Part shown: in pieces, positions 23,597-32,000 of the stretch
How the letters are laid out: each line of letters starts with the position of its first letter
Position numbering within the stretch: the first letter of the stretch is position 1
Sequence record: MT740742.1
Source of the DNA: Ralstonia phage Heva
Length of the DNA stretch: 32,000 nt
Strand: one strand, 5' to 3'
Program-made: the position numbers and the translations under genes
The notes under the pieces: model-generated
The model's database searches: none
Told to the model about the DNA's origin: nothing
What the model saw: the letters and a program-made list of their open reading frames with translations, nothing else

Positions 23597-24320
23597 GCAG
23601 TACCGCAACGGCGAGCGCGGCTTGCCGACCTACGAAGAACTGGCCGCGATTGTCGGCAGCGACCACGACGGGCATGCGCAGATCAATGGCGCGCAGGCTG
23701 ATGTGCGGCCGGTTGGATGGCGACCTGCATTTCCATCCCATCGCGGCGATTTCACTAGAGGGGTGCCTAGCGACGCGACGGTCGAGCATTTGCGCGCCCA
23801 GGGCGTCGAAATCGAATACGCCTACAGCCGACCCGCCACCTCAGAGGCGGCGCGCGCAGAAGAACTGCGTCACGCCCTGTCCATCGCAATTCGCCACGAA
23901 CTCATCGAAGCTGCGCGCCATTTGGCAATAGCGAGAACTCCGACCATCGATGACATTGCGCGCATGAAAACCGCCCTCGAGGCATTCATGAGTAATTTTC
24001 TTGAAGAGCCGGTGCGCGTCGTGTTTGACAACACTAAGGCGCAGCAGCAGGAGGGCGGGAAGCTCGATGTGTCGTTTGTTGGCGGCGCGCAGCCTACGCA
24101 CTTCTGCAAGGTATGCAACGCCATGTGGCGACGGTGGCCAGATGGATCGTGGAATCTTCGGTCGAAGCAATGCGGGGCATGCTGCGACAACGTGGAAATG
24201 GGCGATCAGATCGTGCCTATGGGACATGATGGCGCGCGAGCTACCGATGGATCTGCTGAAGCTATCTCTGAGGCACTGCGACCGCTTGCTAATGATTGGG
24301 AGCCGGAGCCTAAAGCATGA
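23571..24320 (+). CDS. Hypothetical phage protein
   Basis: 249-aa ORF co-directional and overlapping the HTH gene. Confidence 0.6.
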   Translation: MKVLKTILEQYRNGERGLPTYEELAAIVGSDHDGHAQINGAQADVRPVGWRPAFPSHRGDFTRGVPSDATVEHLRAQGVEIEYAYSRPATSEAARAEELRHALSIAIRHELIEAARHLAIARTPTIDDIARMKTALEAFMSNFLEEPVRVVFDNTKAQQQEGGKLDVSFVGGAQPTHFCKVCNAMWRRWPDGSWNLRSKQCGACCDNVEMGDQIVPMGHDGARATDGSAEAISEALRPLANDWEPEPKA

Positions 24321-24404
24321 GCGAGCAACGAATCGTGATCTCCTGCTTCGACAAGACCGGCAATATGGTCAAGCCAGCATCGCAGCAGCAGGACGCTAGC
24401 GCTC

Positions 24405-24602
24405 ATGACTGAGCAGCAGAAAGCCGAACACGAGCGCGGCTACACCGAGGCATACGCCGCGCTCGGTCGAGGCGTGAAGCCCGAGCAGCTGCGCCAGGAG
24501 ATCATGGGCCGTGTCAGCGCCGGCACCGGGCCGAACGCAACAGCGTTCAGCAACGGCGCCATGATCGCGATACTCGAATGGATTACAAGGAGCATGCACT
24601 GA
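24405..24602 (+). CDS. Hypothetical small protein
   Basis: MTEQQKAEHERGYTEAYAALGRGVKPEQLRQEIMGRV. Confidence 0.55.
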   Translation: MTEQQKAEHERGYTEAYAALGRGVKPEQLRQEIMGRVSAGTGPNATAFSNGAMIAILEWITRSMH

Positions 24603-24604
24603 CC

Positions 24605-24835
24605 ATGAGCGACATCTACACACTGACCGCCAGCGTCACCAGCCGGGCCGTGATCCGCAACACCGGCCTGGGCAGCATCGAGGTGCGCGTTCACCCGGAG
24701 TACGTCGGGCGCATCCGCGAGCTGGTGGCCGAGCACATGCCGGCGGAATCGCGCGTCGACGTGAAGCCGCTTTCGCACGAGGGCGCCTACACCAGCCGCA
24801 TCACGCTGATCGACAGCGCAAAGGGGGTGCACTGA
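24605..24835 (+). CDS. Hypothetical small protein
   Basis: MSDIYTLTASVTSRAVIRNTGLGSIEVRVHPEYVGRIRELV; in-frame start inside ORF 24578..24835. Confidence 0.5.
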   Translation: MSDIYTLTASVTSRAVIRNTGLGSIEVRVHPEYVGRIRELVAEHMPAESRVDVKPLSHEGAYTSRITLIDSAKGVH

Positions 24836-24878
24836 TGCCGGTCTACGCCAACGACAACGACAAGATTGAGGCGGCGGC

Positions 24879-25073
24879 ATGACGGCGCCACTCACGCAGG
24901 CAATGTGCAACGCGCTCCGTCGCGCCCCGCGCGATTGGGCGCGTTTCCCGCCGTACATCGAGGCGTCGCCGCGCGTGATCAAGGCGCTCGCAGCGCGCGG
25001 CCTCGTCGAGATCAAGCGCGTCACATGGCTCGGCGAGCATACGGATATGTGGCGCAGCATGCGGAAAGCATAA
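24879..25073 (+). CDS. Hypothetical small protein with winged-helix-like sequence
   Basis: MTAPLTQAMCNALRRAPRDWARFPPYIEASPRVIKALAARGLVEIKR. Confidence 0.55.
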   Translation: MTAPLTQAMCNALRRAPRDWARFPPYIEASPRVIKALAARGLVEIKRVTWLGEHTDMWRSMRKA

Positions 25074-25142
25074 AGCTTTCATGGCGTTGCACCGATCCGC
25101 ACCATACAATACAGGCGAGATCACAAAGCCAAATTCGCAAAC

Positions 25143-25757
25143 ATGCCAAGACCGGCACGCACTGACTTGATTGGTAGGCGCTTCGGGCGCCTCGTCGTCG
25201 TTGGGCTTACGGATGGCGCTGGCCGCAGGAAGGCGATTGCGCATTGCGACTGCGGCTCTGACGTGGAGACGGACATCTCCTCGTTGGAGCGCGGAGCAAC
25301 AACGTCGTGCGGGTGCGCGAGGATCAGGCATGGTCATGCCGCAGGAGGCCGTGCATCGCGGACCTACAATTCGTGGGCGATGATGCACGACAGGTGCCGC
25401 AATCCGAACGACGAGCGCTATGCCGAGTATGGCGGGCGCGGCATTCATGTGTGCGAGCGCTGGGCATCGTTCGAGAACTTCCTTGCCGACATGGGCGAGC
25501 GTCCGGCCGGCACATCGATCGAGCGCGACGACACGAACGGCAACTACGAACCCGGAAACTGCCGTTGGGCGACAGCGATCGAGCAGACGCGCAACCGTCG
25601 CGTGTCGATCCTGGTGGACTGGTGGGGCGAACGCCTGACGCTCAAGGAGGCATGCCGGATCGTCGGCGAGGACTATCAGCGCGCGCGGCGCCGTGTGAAG
25701 GTGAACGGCTGGTCGCCAGTCAACGCATTGGCCGGAGAGCTGATCGCTCATGGCTGA
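25143..25757 (+). CDS. HNH/homing-endonuclease-like phage protein
   Basis: DLIGRRFGRLVVVG, CDCG...SCGC, YNSWAMMHDRCRNPNDERYAEYGGRGIHVCERWASFENFLADMGERPAGTSIERDDTNGNYEPGNCRWAT. Confidence 0.75.
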   Translation: MPRPARTDLIGRRFGRLVVVGLTDGAGRRKAIAHCDCGSDVETDISSLERGATTSCGCARIRHGHAAGGRASRTYNSWAMMHDRCRNPNDERYAEYGGRGIHVCERWASFENFLADMGERPAGTSIERDDTNGNYEPGNCRWATAIEQTRNRRVSILVDWWGERLTLKEACRIVGEDYQRARRRVKVNGWSPVNALAGELIAHG

Positions 25758-27291
25758 GACCACGCTACCGACCAACGAGGCCGAGCTTGTCGAGTGCCTG
25801 CGCGATCCGCAATGGCGGATACGCAACTTGTACAAGATCAAAAATAAGCAGAAGCAGATCGTCCGGTTCAAGCCGAACGATGCGCAGGAGGAGCTTCTGC
25901 GGCGCATGTGGTTTCGGAATGTGATTCCGAAGGCGCGTCAGCGTGGTTTCTCGACACTCATCCAGCTCATGGGCCTGGACACAGCGCTGTTCAAGCCCGG
26001 CTCCGACGTTGGCATCATCGCCCAGGACTTGCCTACCGCGCAGGAGATTTTCGAGAGCAAGATCAAGCTCGCATACGACAACCTGCCGGACACCATTAAG
26101 CAGATGGTGCCGATCACGCGCAGCACGACGACCGAGATGAAGTTTGGCAACGGCTCCGGCGTGCGCGTCGGGACGTCCATGCGCGGCGGCACGCCGAACT
26201 TTGTGCACGTCTCGGAGTTCGGCAAGATCAGCGCCAAGTACCCGGACAAGGCGCGAGAGGTGCTGACTGGCACGCTGCCTGCCGTGCCGATCGATGGGAT
26301 CGTGTTCGTCGAGTCGACCGCCGAGGGCCGCGACGGCGCGTTCTACGACATGTCGCACGATGCTAAGGCCGCGAAGGATGAGGGCCGCAAGCTGTCGCCG
26401 CTGGACTTCCGCTTGCACTTCGCAAGCTGGTGGGATGCCGACGAGTACGAACTGGACCCGGAAGGCGTCATCATCACCGACAAGGACCGCGAGTATTTCG
26501 AGCGCGTCGAGTCACTGATCGGGCGCTCTCTGCCACCGCGCAAGCGCGCTTGGTACGTCACGACACGGCGCCAGCTATTCGCAGGCGATCAGCAGATGAT
26601 GTTCCAGGAATTCCCGTCAACGTTCGATGAGGCTTTCAGCGTCAGCATGGAAGGAACCTACTACGCCCAGCAGCTCGCGCAGGTGCGCAAGGACGGCCGC
26701 ATCACGCGGCTGCCGGTCATGCCTGGAGTGCCTTGCTACACAGTGTGGGACATTGGCAACAGCGACGGCACGGCCATATGGGTCGTGCAGAAGATCGGGA
26801 ACGAGTGGCGCTGCATCCGCTTCTACGAGGCGTGGGGTGAGCCGTACAGCCACGCCGTGCGCTGGCTGCAAGGTCTCGGAATGGTGTGGGACACGATGTA
26901 CCTGCCGCATGACGCAGACCACATCCGCCAGGGCCAGACCGTCAACAAGAGCCCGAAGCAGATGCTTGAGGAGCTGATGCCGGGCGTGCGCTTCGAGATC
27001 GTGCCGCGCATCGAAGATGTCAATTGGGGCATCCAGCAGACGCGCGACATGTTCCCGCTGCTGTGGTTCGACGATGAGCACACAAAGCCCGGTATCATCC
27101 ACATCGAGAACTACCGCAAGAAGTGGAATGACCGGCAGGCATGCTGGTCGACCGTGCCCGACAAGGCTGGCGGCCACTCCGAAGCGGCCGACGCGCTGCG
27201 CCAGCTCGCGCAGGCGTTCGCCGGTGGCTTGATCAACGTGAACAGGGGCGCAGCCAAACGCAAGCGCCCAAACTCCTGGAGAACCGCATGA
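25750..27291 (+). CDS. terL: Terminase large subunit
   Basis: IPKARQRGFSTLIQLMGLDTAL (ATPase), VHVSEFGKI, FVESTAEGRDGAFYD, CYTVWDIGNSDGTAIWVVQ (nuclease), GGHSEAADALRQ. Confidence 0.92.
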   Translation: MAETTLPTNEAELVECLRDPQWRIRNLYKIKNKQKQIVRFKPNDAQEELLRRMWFRNVIPKARQRGFSTLIQLMGLDTALFKPGSDVGIIAQDLPTAQEIFESKIKLAYDNLPDTIKQMVPITRSTTTEMKFGNGSGVRVGTSMRGGTPNFVHVSEFGKISAKYPDKAREVLTGTLPAVPIDGIVFVESTAEGRDGAFYDMSHDAKAAKDEGRKLSPLDFRLHFASWWDADEYELDPEGVIITDKDREYFERVESLIGRSLPPRKRAWYVTTRRQLFAGDQQMMFQEFPSTFDEAFSVSMEGTYYAQQLAQVRKDGRITRLPVMPGVPCYTVWDIGNSDGTAIWVVQKIGNEWRCIRFYEAWGEPYSHAVRWLQGLGMVWDTMYLPHDADHIRQGQTVNKSPKQMLEELMPGVRFEIVPRIEDVNWGIQQTRDMFPLLWFDDEHTKPGIIHIENYRKKWNDRQACWSTVPDKAGGHSEAADALRQLAQAFAGGLINVNRGAAKRKRPNSWRTA

Positions 27292-27710
27292 GCGAGCGCA
27301 AACACTTCCTTGACCTTACCCGTTGCCACTTCACGCGCAACATCGGGGACATCACGCTCTACGGCACGTGGGTGCCGCGAGGCGACGACGACCACACCGA
27401 GCCGGCGCTGGTGCTCATGTCGCGCCGCTTCGGCGGTAAGCCGTGCTGCGTGGCGCTTTCGAGCGCATACCTGTACAATGACCCCCGTTATTTGGCCCGC
27501 GCGGCGCACGAGTTCGCGCAGGGCATGGGGTTCGAGCCGGGTTTGGCGCTGACGCACCGGATTGCGAACATCATCCACGATCACCTGCAAGACCTGATCG
27601 AGATGCCGCCGGAGCCGACGCAGGCTGTTGTCGTGGCCGATGCCACCGTGAGCGTCGACGGCCGCAAGCGATCCGTGGAGATCGTCAGCCACGAGCAGGC
27701 CCCGCTCTAA
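27288..27710 (+). CDS. Hypothetical protein between terL and portal
   Basis: MSERKHFLDLTRCHFTRNIGDITLYGTWVPRG; ATGA overlap with the terL stop. Confidence 0.65.
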   Translation: MSERKHFLDLTRCHFTRNIGDITLYGTWVPRGDDDHTEPALVLMSRRFGGKPCCVALSSAYLYNDPRYLARAAHEFAQGMGFEPGLALTHRIANIIHDHLQDLIEMPPEPTQAVVVADATVSVDGRKRSVEIVSHEQAPL

Positions 27711-27725
27711 TCGCCTGGAGGCAGA

Positions 27726-30080
27726 GTGTTCGACCTTAACGACGACCAGAACACGCGGCTGATCGCTGATCATCCCGAGGCCCGGATGCCCACCGAGGAG
27801 CCGGGCAAGGATGACGCGCCGCCATCGCATGCCCTGGACAGCGATCCGATGAAGGAGCTGCATCGTCGTCTCCGGTCGTACCTGCACCAGGAGCTGGACC
27901 GCCAAGCCGAGAACCGCTTTCAGATGGCGGTCGACGAGGACTACTACGACAGCATCCAGTGGACGGAGGCCGACGCCCAGGTGCTCAAGGAGCGCGGGCA
28001 GGCGCCGCTCGTCTTCAACGTGATCGCGCAGTCGGTCAACTGGATCATCGGCAGCGAGAAGCGCGGGCGCACGGACTTCAACATCCTGCCGCGCAAGAAG
28101 GCCGACGCGAAGCCGGCCGAAGCAAAGACCAAGCTCCTCAAGTACCTGTCGGACGTCAGCCGACTGCCGTTCCACCGCTCGCGCGCGTTCGAGGATACGG
28201 TCAAGGTCGGCCTGGGCTGGGTCGAGGACAGCTACGACGACAGCACGGACGGCGAGCCGATCTACTCGCGCTACGAGAGCTGGCGCAACGTGATCTTCGA
28301 CAGCGCGTCGACCGAGCTGGACGGCAGCGACATGCGCTACATCTTCCGGCCGAAGTGGCTGGACGTTGACGTGGCGTGCGCGCTGGTCCCGGACCGCGCC
28401 GACGAGATCAAGAAGGCGGCCGTCGCCGCCGAGCGCTACGGCAACTACTCGGAGGAAGACGGCGACGAGGCCATGGATTGGGCCGAGTTCGACCGCGACA
28501 CCTACAGCCAGTCCCGCACCGTCTCGACCCACAAGCGCCAGCGCGTGCGCCTGATCGAGTGCTGGTACCGCATGCCGATGCGCGTCACCAAGTTCCTGAG
28601 CGGAGACCTGCGCGGCGAGATGTTCGACGAGAGCAACCCGGCGCACGTCGAGGCGCGGAACAGCGGCATGTACAGCCTGGGCGAGCGCGTCACCATGCGC
28701 GTGCGCGTGGCGATCTTCACCAGCCGCGACATGCTGTTCGAGGCCGCCAGCCCGTTCCGCCACAACCGATTCAGCCTCACCCCGATTTGGGGCTTCCGCC
28801 GTGGCCGCGACAACCTGCCATACGGCGTGATCCGCTGGATGCGCGACATCCAGGACGACATCAACAAGCGCGCGAGCAAGGCGCTCTACATCCTTTCGTC
28901 CAACAAGGTCGTGATGGACGAGGGCGCGGTCGAGGATATCGAGGAGTTCCGCGAGGAGGTTGCGCGGCCCGATGCCGTCCTCGTCAAGAAGCCGGGCAAG
29001 CAGATCGAGCTGAACGTCGACCGCGAGCTGGCCGCCGCTCACATGGACATGATGAGCCGCGACATCCAGATGTTGCAGCAGGTCGGCGGCGTGACGGACG
29101 AGCTGATGGGGCGCTCGACGAATGCCGTGTCCGGCGTGGCGATCCAGGCCCGCCAGGAGCAGGGCACGGTCGCCACGAACAAGCTGTTCGACAACCTGCG
29201 CTTCGCCGTTCAGATGCAGGGCGAGATTCAGCTGTCCCTCATCGAGCAGTTCGTGACGGAAGAAAAGACCTTCCGCATCACCAACGAGCGCGGCAAGGCC
29301 GACTTCATCACGGTCAACGACGGCCTGCCGGAAAACGACATCGTACGCACGAAGGCCGACTTCATCATCGGCGAGTCGGATTGGCGCGCGACCTACCGTC
29401 AGGCAGCGTCCGAGCAGCTCTCGCAGATGATCATGAAGATGCCGCCGCAGGTTGGCCTCGTGATGCTCGACCTGTGGGCCGATTCCACGGACCTGCCGAA
29501 CCGCGACGAGATCGTGAAGCGCATCCGCCAGATCAACGGCATGCGCGACCCGGACGCGACCGAGCCGACGCCCGAGGAGATGCAGCAGCAGGAAGCCGCC
29601 GCCAAGCAGGCCCAGGCGCAAGAAGCGATGTTCATGGCCGAGCTGGCGGAGAAGCAGGGCAAGGCCGACAAAGCCCAGGCCGATGCCGTCGCCGCGCAGG
29701 CAAATGCCGATCTTCGCGCAGCCCAGGCGGAACAGGTGCGCCGCCAGACGGTCAACACCAACGTCACGTCGATCGCGTCGGCCATGGAGGCGGCCACGGC
29801 CATTGTGACCATGCCGACCATCGCCAAGGTCGGCGACGCGGTGCTGGTCGAGGCCGGCTACGAGAACAACGGCATTGCGCCGGCGGGTGGACTGCACACG
29901 CCCGCGCCGCAGCAGGCGGTGAGCCCGGCAGCTCAAGGACTTCCGCCGCAACCCGCGCCGCAACCGCAACAGCAACAGCCCCAGGAGCCGGCCGTGTCGC
30001 CGTCTCCCGAGCAGCTGAATGGTGCGGCACCGAGCAATACCGGCGAACCCGTGACGCCGGATCAAACTCTCCAACAGTGA
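27726..30080 (+). CDS. Portal protein, P22-like
   Basis: FNVIAQSVNWIIGSEKRGRTDFNILPR, PFRHNRFSLTPIWGFRRGRDNLPYGVIRWMRDIQDDINKRASKALYI, VSGVAIQARQEQGTVATNKLFDNLRFA; GTG start. Confidence 0.93.
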   Translation: MFDLNDDQNTRLIADHPEARMPTEEPGKDDAPPSHALDSDPMKELHRRLRSYLHQELDRQAENRFQMAVDEDYYDSIQWTEADAQVLKERGQAPLVFNVIAQSVNWIIGSEKRGRTDFNILPRKKADAKPAEAKTKLLKYLSDVSRLPFHRSRAFEDTVKVGLGWVEDSYDDSTDGEPIYSRYESWRNVIFDSASTELDGSDMRYIFRPKWLDVDVACALVPDRADEIKKAAVAAERYGNYSEEDGDEAMDWAEFDRDTYSQSRTVSTHKRQRVRLIECWYRMPMRVTKFLSGDLRGEMFDESNPAHVEARNSGMYSLGERVTMRVRVAIFTSRDMLFEAASPFRHNRFSLTPIWGFRRGRDNLPYGVIRWMRDIQDDINKRASKALYILSSNKVVMDEGAVEDIEEFREEVARPDAVLVKKPGKQIELNVDRELAAAHMDMMSRDIQMLQQVGGVTDELMGRSTNAVSGVAIQARQEQGTVATNKLFDNLRFAVQMQGEIQLSLIEQFVTEEKTFRITNERGKADFITVNDGLPENDIVRTKADFIIGESDWRATYRQAASEQLSQMIMKMPPQVGLVMLDLWADSTDLPNRDEIVKRIRQINGMRDPDATEPTPEEMQQQEAAAKQAQAQEAMFMAELAEKQGKADKAQADAVAAQANADLRAAQAEQVRRQTVNTNVTSIASAMEAATAIVTMPTIAKVGDAVLVEAGYENNGIAPAGGLHTPAPQQAVSPAAQGLPPQPAPQPQQQQPQEPAVSPSPEQLNGAAPSNTGEPVTPDQTLQQ

Positions 30081-30090
30081 AGGGACTGAG

Positions 30091-31044
30091 ATGACGACCA
30101 AACACAGCGACGAACTGCTTGACGGACTGACGCCCGAGGAGCTGGCCGCGCTCAACGATGATGACGGTGCCGGTGCCGGCGGCGAAGACGGTGGCGCGGG
30201 CGGCGATGATGGCGCCGGCACTGGCGCAGATGATGGTGCTGGTGCCGCCGCCGGCGGCCAGGGCGGTGAAGGTGATGCCGGTGCTGGTGAAGGCGGCGAT
30301 GCTGGCGCTGGTGCTGGCGGCGATGCCGGCGGCAAAGGCGCGGGCGGCGAGGGCGGCGAGGGAGATGGTGGCGGCGATGACGGCGCGGTGGACACCGGCA
30401 CGAAGTCGATGCCCGTCTACGTCGCCGAGGCGCCCGAGGACGCCGAGGCCAAGCTGAAGGGGCTCGCCGACAAGCGGGCCGACCTGCGCAAGCAGTACGA
30501 CGACGGCGACATCACGTTCGACGAGCTGGAATCCGCGCGTGACGAGATCACGAAGGAGGAGAAGGCGATCGAGCGCGCCCAGCTCAAGGCCGAGATGGCG
30601 GCCGAGATGCAGCAGCAGCAGACGATCAACGACTGGAACCGCGACGTCAACTCGTTCCTGGACGCCAACCCGGAATACCGCGCCAGCGACGTGCGCTATC
30701 AAGCGCTCGACATGATGGTGCGCAAGATCGGCGGCGCCCCTGAAGCGGCGAAGATGACCGGCCCGCAGGTGCTCGCCAAGGCGCACGAGGAGCTGCAAAA
30801 GGCGTTCGGCGTGGCCGCGCCGGCGAAGAAGGACGAGGGCAACGGCAAGGGCGAGAAGAAGCCGCCCCCGAAGGTCGACGTTCCGCCGACGCTCGGCAAG
30901 CTTCCGGCCGCCGAGAGCAACGACACCAACGGCGGCAAGTACGCCGCTCTCGACCGACTGCTGGAAACCGATCCGCTCGCTCACGAGGACGCGCTGATGA
31001 AGATCTCCGCGTCCGAGCGCGAGTCGTATCTGGCATCCCGATAA
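30091..31044 (+). CDS. Scaffold-like protein with Gly/Ala/Asp low-complexity N-terminus
   Basis: After the portal; acidic low-complexity region, coiled coil, C-terminal KISASERESYLASR. Confidence 0.65.
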   Translation: MTTKHSDELLDGLTPEELAALNDDDGAGAGGEDGGAGGDDGAGTGADDGAGAAAGGQGGEGDAGAGEGGDAGAGAGGDAGGKGAGGEGGEGDGGGDDGAVDTGTKSMPVYVAEAPEDAEAKLKGLADKRADLRKQYDDGDITFDELESARDEITKEEKAIERAQLKAEMAAEMQQQQTINDWNRDVNSFLDANPEYRASDVRYQALDMMVRKIGGAPEAAKMTGPQVLAKAHEELQKAFGVAAPAKKDEGNGKGEKKPPPKVDVPPTLGKLPAAESNDTNGGKYAALDRLLETDPLAHEDALMKISASERESYLASR

Positions 31045-31053
31045 GGAGAGGTG

Positions 31054-31428
31054 ATGCAAACCGCATACATCGCAAACCCGGTGCGCGTCATGGCGGCGCG
31101 CATCGTCGAGGTCGACGGCGCGCTCTTGACCATGGAGGGCGGCGGCATGTTCCGCGCGGACGCGGGCATGACCGCGCGCTACACGCCGGTGCCGGGCGAC
31201 TACCTCATGACGCAGGAGGACGGCTACGTCTACGTCAACCCGAAGGACGTGTTCGAGCGCAAGTATCGGCCGGACACTGGCGAAGACGCGGCCCCGGCGA
31301 AGCAGGAGAACGAGCCGAGGATCGCCGAGGTGCTGGGCGTAGGCTATGCGCTGGCGACTGACGGCCGGCTGTACCGACTGAACGGCGGCACCATGTCGCT
31401 GGTGCGCGTCACCAACGAAGCCGCCTGA
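31054..31428 (+). CDS. Hypothetical structural-module protein
   Basis: AAGGAG site upstream of ATG 31054; RMAARIVEVDGALLTMEGG..PGDYLMTQEDGYVYVNPKDVFERKY. Confidence 0.65.
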   Translation: MQTAYIANPVRVMAARIVEVDGALLTMEGGGMFRADAGMTARYTPVPGDYLMTQEDGYVYVNPKDVFERKYRPDTGEDAAPAKQENEPRIAEVLGVGYALATDGRLYRLNGGTMSLVRVTNEAA

Positions 31429-31437
31429 CGGGGGAAT

Positions 31438-31635
31438 ATGGGCACTCTACGCATCGACCTGAAGCCAGGGGAGAGCATCGCCATCGGCGACTACGCCGTG
31501 GTGACGCTTGAGCACAAGTCAGGCCAGATCGCCCGGCTCGCTTTTCAGGCCGACAAGTCTGTGCCCATTCGGCGCGCGACGGCGGCCAGCCCGGCCAAGA
31601 TCGCGGCCTCGGTAGGCATCACCGGCAAAGCCTGA
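31438..31635 (+). CDS. Hypothetical small protein, carbon-storage-regulator-like fold possible
   Basis: MGTLRIDLKPGESIAIGDYAVVTLEHKSGQIARLAFQADKSVPI. Confidence 0.5.
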   Translation: MGTLRIDLKPGESIAIGDYAVVTLEHKSGQIARLAFQADKSVPIRRATAASPAKIAASVGITGKA

Positions 31636-31710
31636 CGATGCCCCGCCACGGTGGGGTATCGAGTTTGCAGGGCGCGGGAGAAAATTGGCCTCCATTCACA
31701 GGAGGGCAAA

Positions 31711-32000
31711 ATGAACAGTCTGGACAATCAAGGCAAATTCATCGGCGAGCCCGGCGTACAGCAGACCGAGACCGAGATCGAAAGGGAGCTATTCCGCCTG
31801 GACAGCACGATCCAGATGCTGAAGGACGAGGTCGGCGCACTGGGCGAAAGACTGGTGAGCGTCGTCGTTCCGGAAGGCGAAAGCATCAACGAAGGCAAGA
31901 TCGACTCTTCGTGCAACACGGGCCTCGGCCTACGCATCCGGGCGCTGGACAACGAGGCGCACAAGGCGCTCAAGGTCGTCCGCAGCTTGCTGGAGCGCAT
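31711..32000 (+). CDS. Hypothetical protein, truncated by window edge
   Basis: GGAGGG upstream of ATG 31711; MNSLDNQGKFIGEPGVQQTETEIERELFRLDSTIQML. Confidence 0.6.
   Translation, partial: MNSLDNQGKFIGEPGVQQTETEIERELFRLDSTIQMLKDEVGALGERLVSVVVPEGESINEGKIDSSCNTGLGLRIRALDNEAHKALKVVRSLLER

Noticed and set aside
2784-25105. Shared 16-bp motif TGGTGCGGATCGGTGC upstream of the endolysin (about 2785) and, inverted, near 25085-25105, considered as a phage promoter or operator
   Set aside because: Only two copies, no consistent placement relative to start codons, and one 16-bp match in 32 kb is close to chance expectation.
30150-30380. Gly/Ala/Asp repetitive DNA as a possible tandem-repeat regulatory element
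   Set aside because: Explained as an acidic low-complexity coding region of the scaffold-like protein, in frame throughout.
27111-30401. 1096-aa minus-strand ORF, plus 29764..31059 minus (431 aa) and 28376..30094 plus (572 aa)
   Set aside because: Overlap the well-supported terL, portal and scaffold genes in other frames; compositions (A/S/P- or R/G/H-rich) are typical high-GC shadow ORFs.
1-32000. CRISPR arrays
   Set aside because: No regularly spaced direct repeats of 24-48 bp with unique spacers were seen; the only striking exact repeat found is the 101-bp pair.

Overview
The window is an internal, linear piece of a high-GC tailed phage or prophage. The host is probably a beta-proteobacterium, by inference only. 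Left to right it carries: the C-terminus of a very large virion protein (LPD38-type); a lysis cassette (DUF3380-like muramidase, several holin-like membrane proteins, Rz with a nested Rz1); a minus-strand recombination/replication operon (DnaN-like clamp, HTH, RecT, YqaJ-like exonuclease); and a plus-strand early block (XRE, tRNA-Ser, SSB, small Zn-finger proteins, two KilAC antirepressors, VRR-NUC, primosomal/O-like protein, DnaC-like loader). It ends with the packaging/head genes (terS, terL, portal, scaffold). Most unusual is the load of RNA-guided and homing nucleases. There is a catalytically intact IscB (8688-10103, minus) with a strongly structured omega-RNA-like leader, abutting the remnant of an HNH homing endonuclease. 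There is also a TnpB (20281-21351) whose right end abuts the terS ribosome-binding site. Three further HNH/NUMOD-type genes are present, and no TnpA is in the window. A perfect 101-bp inverted duplication of the iscB translation start lies 1.58 kb away. It fuses the first 29 IscB residues in frame to a Cys/His-rich phage protein, and could be a recombination scar, an invertible switch or an assembly artefact. Other notable items are a lambda-ori-like iteron plus polypurine arrangement inside the replication gene, an Icd/Ash-like leader coupled to the antirepressor, and a 3.8-kb accessory island splitting terS from terL. All family calls come from motif recognition in the supplied translations; no database search was run.
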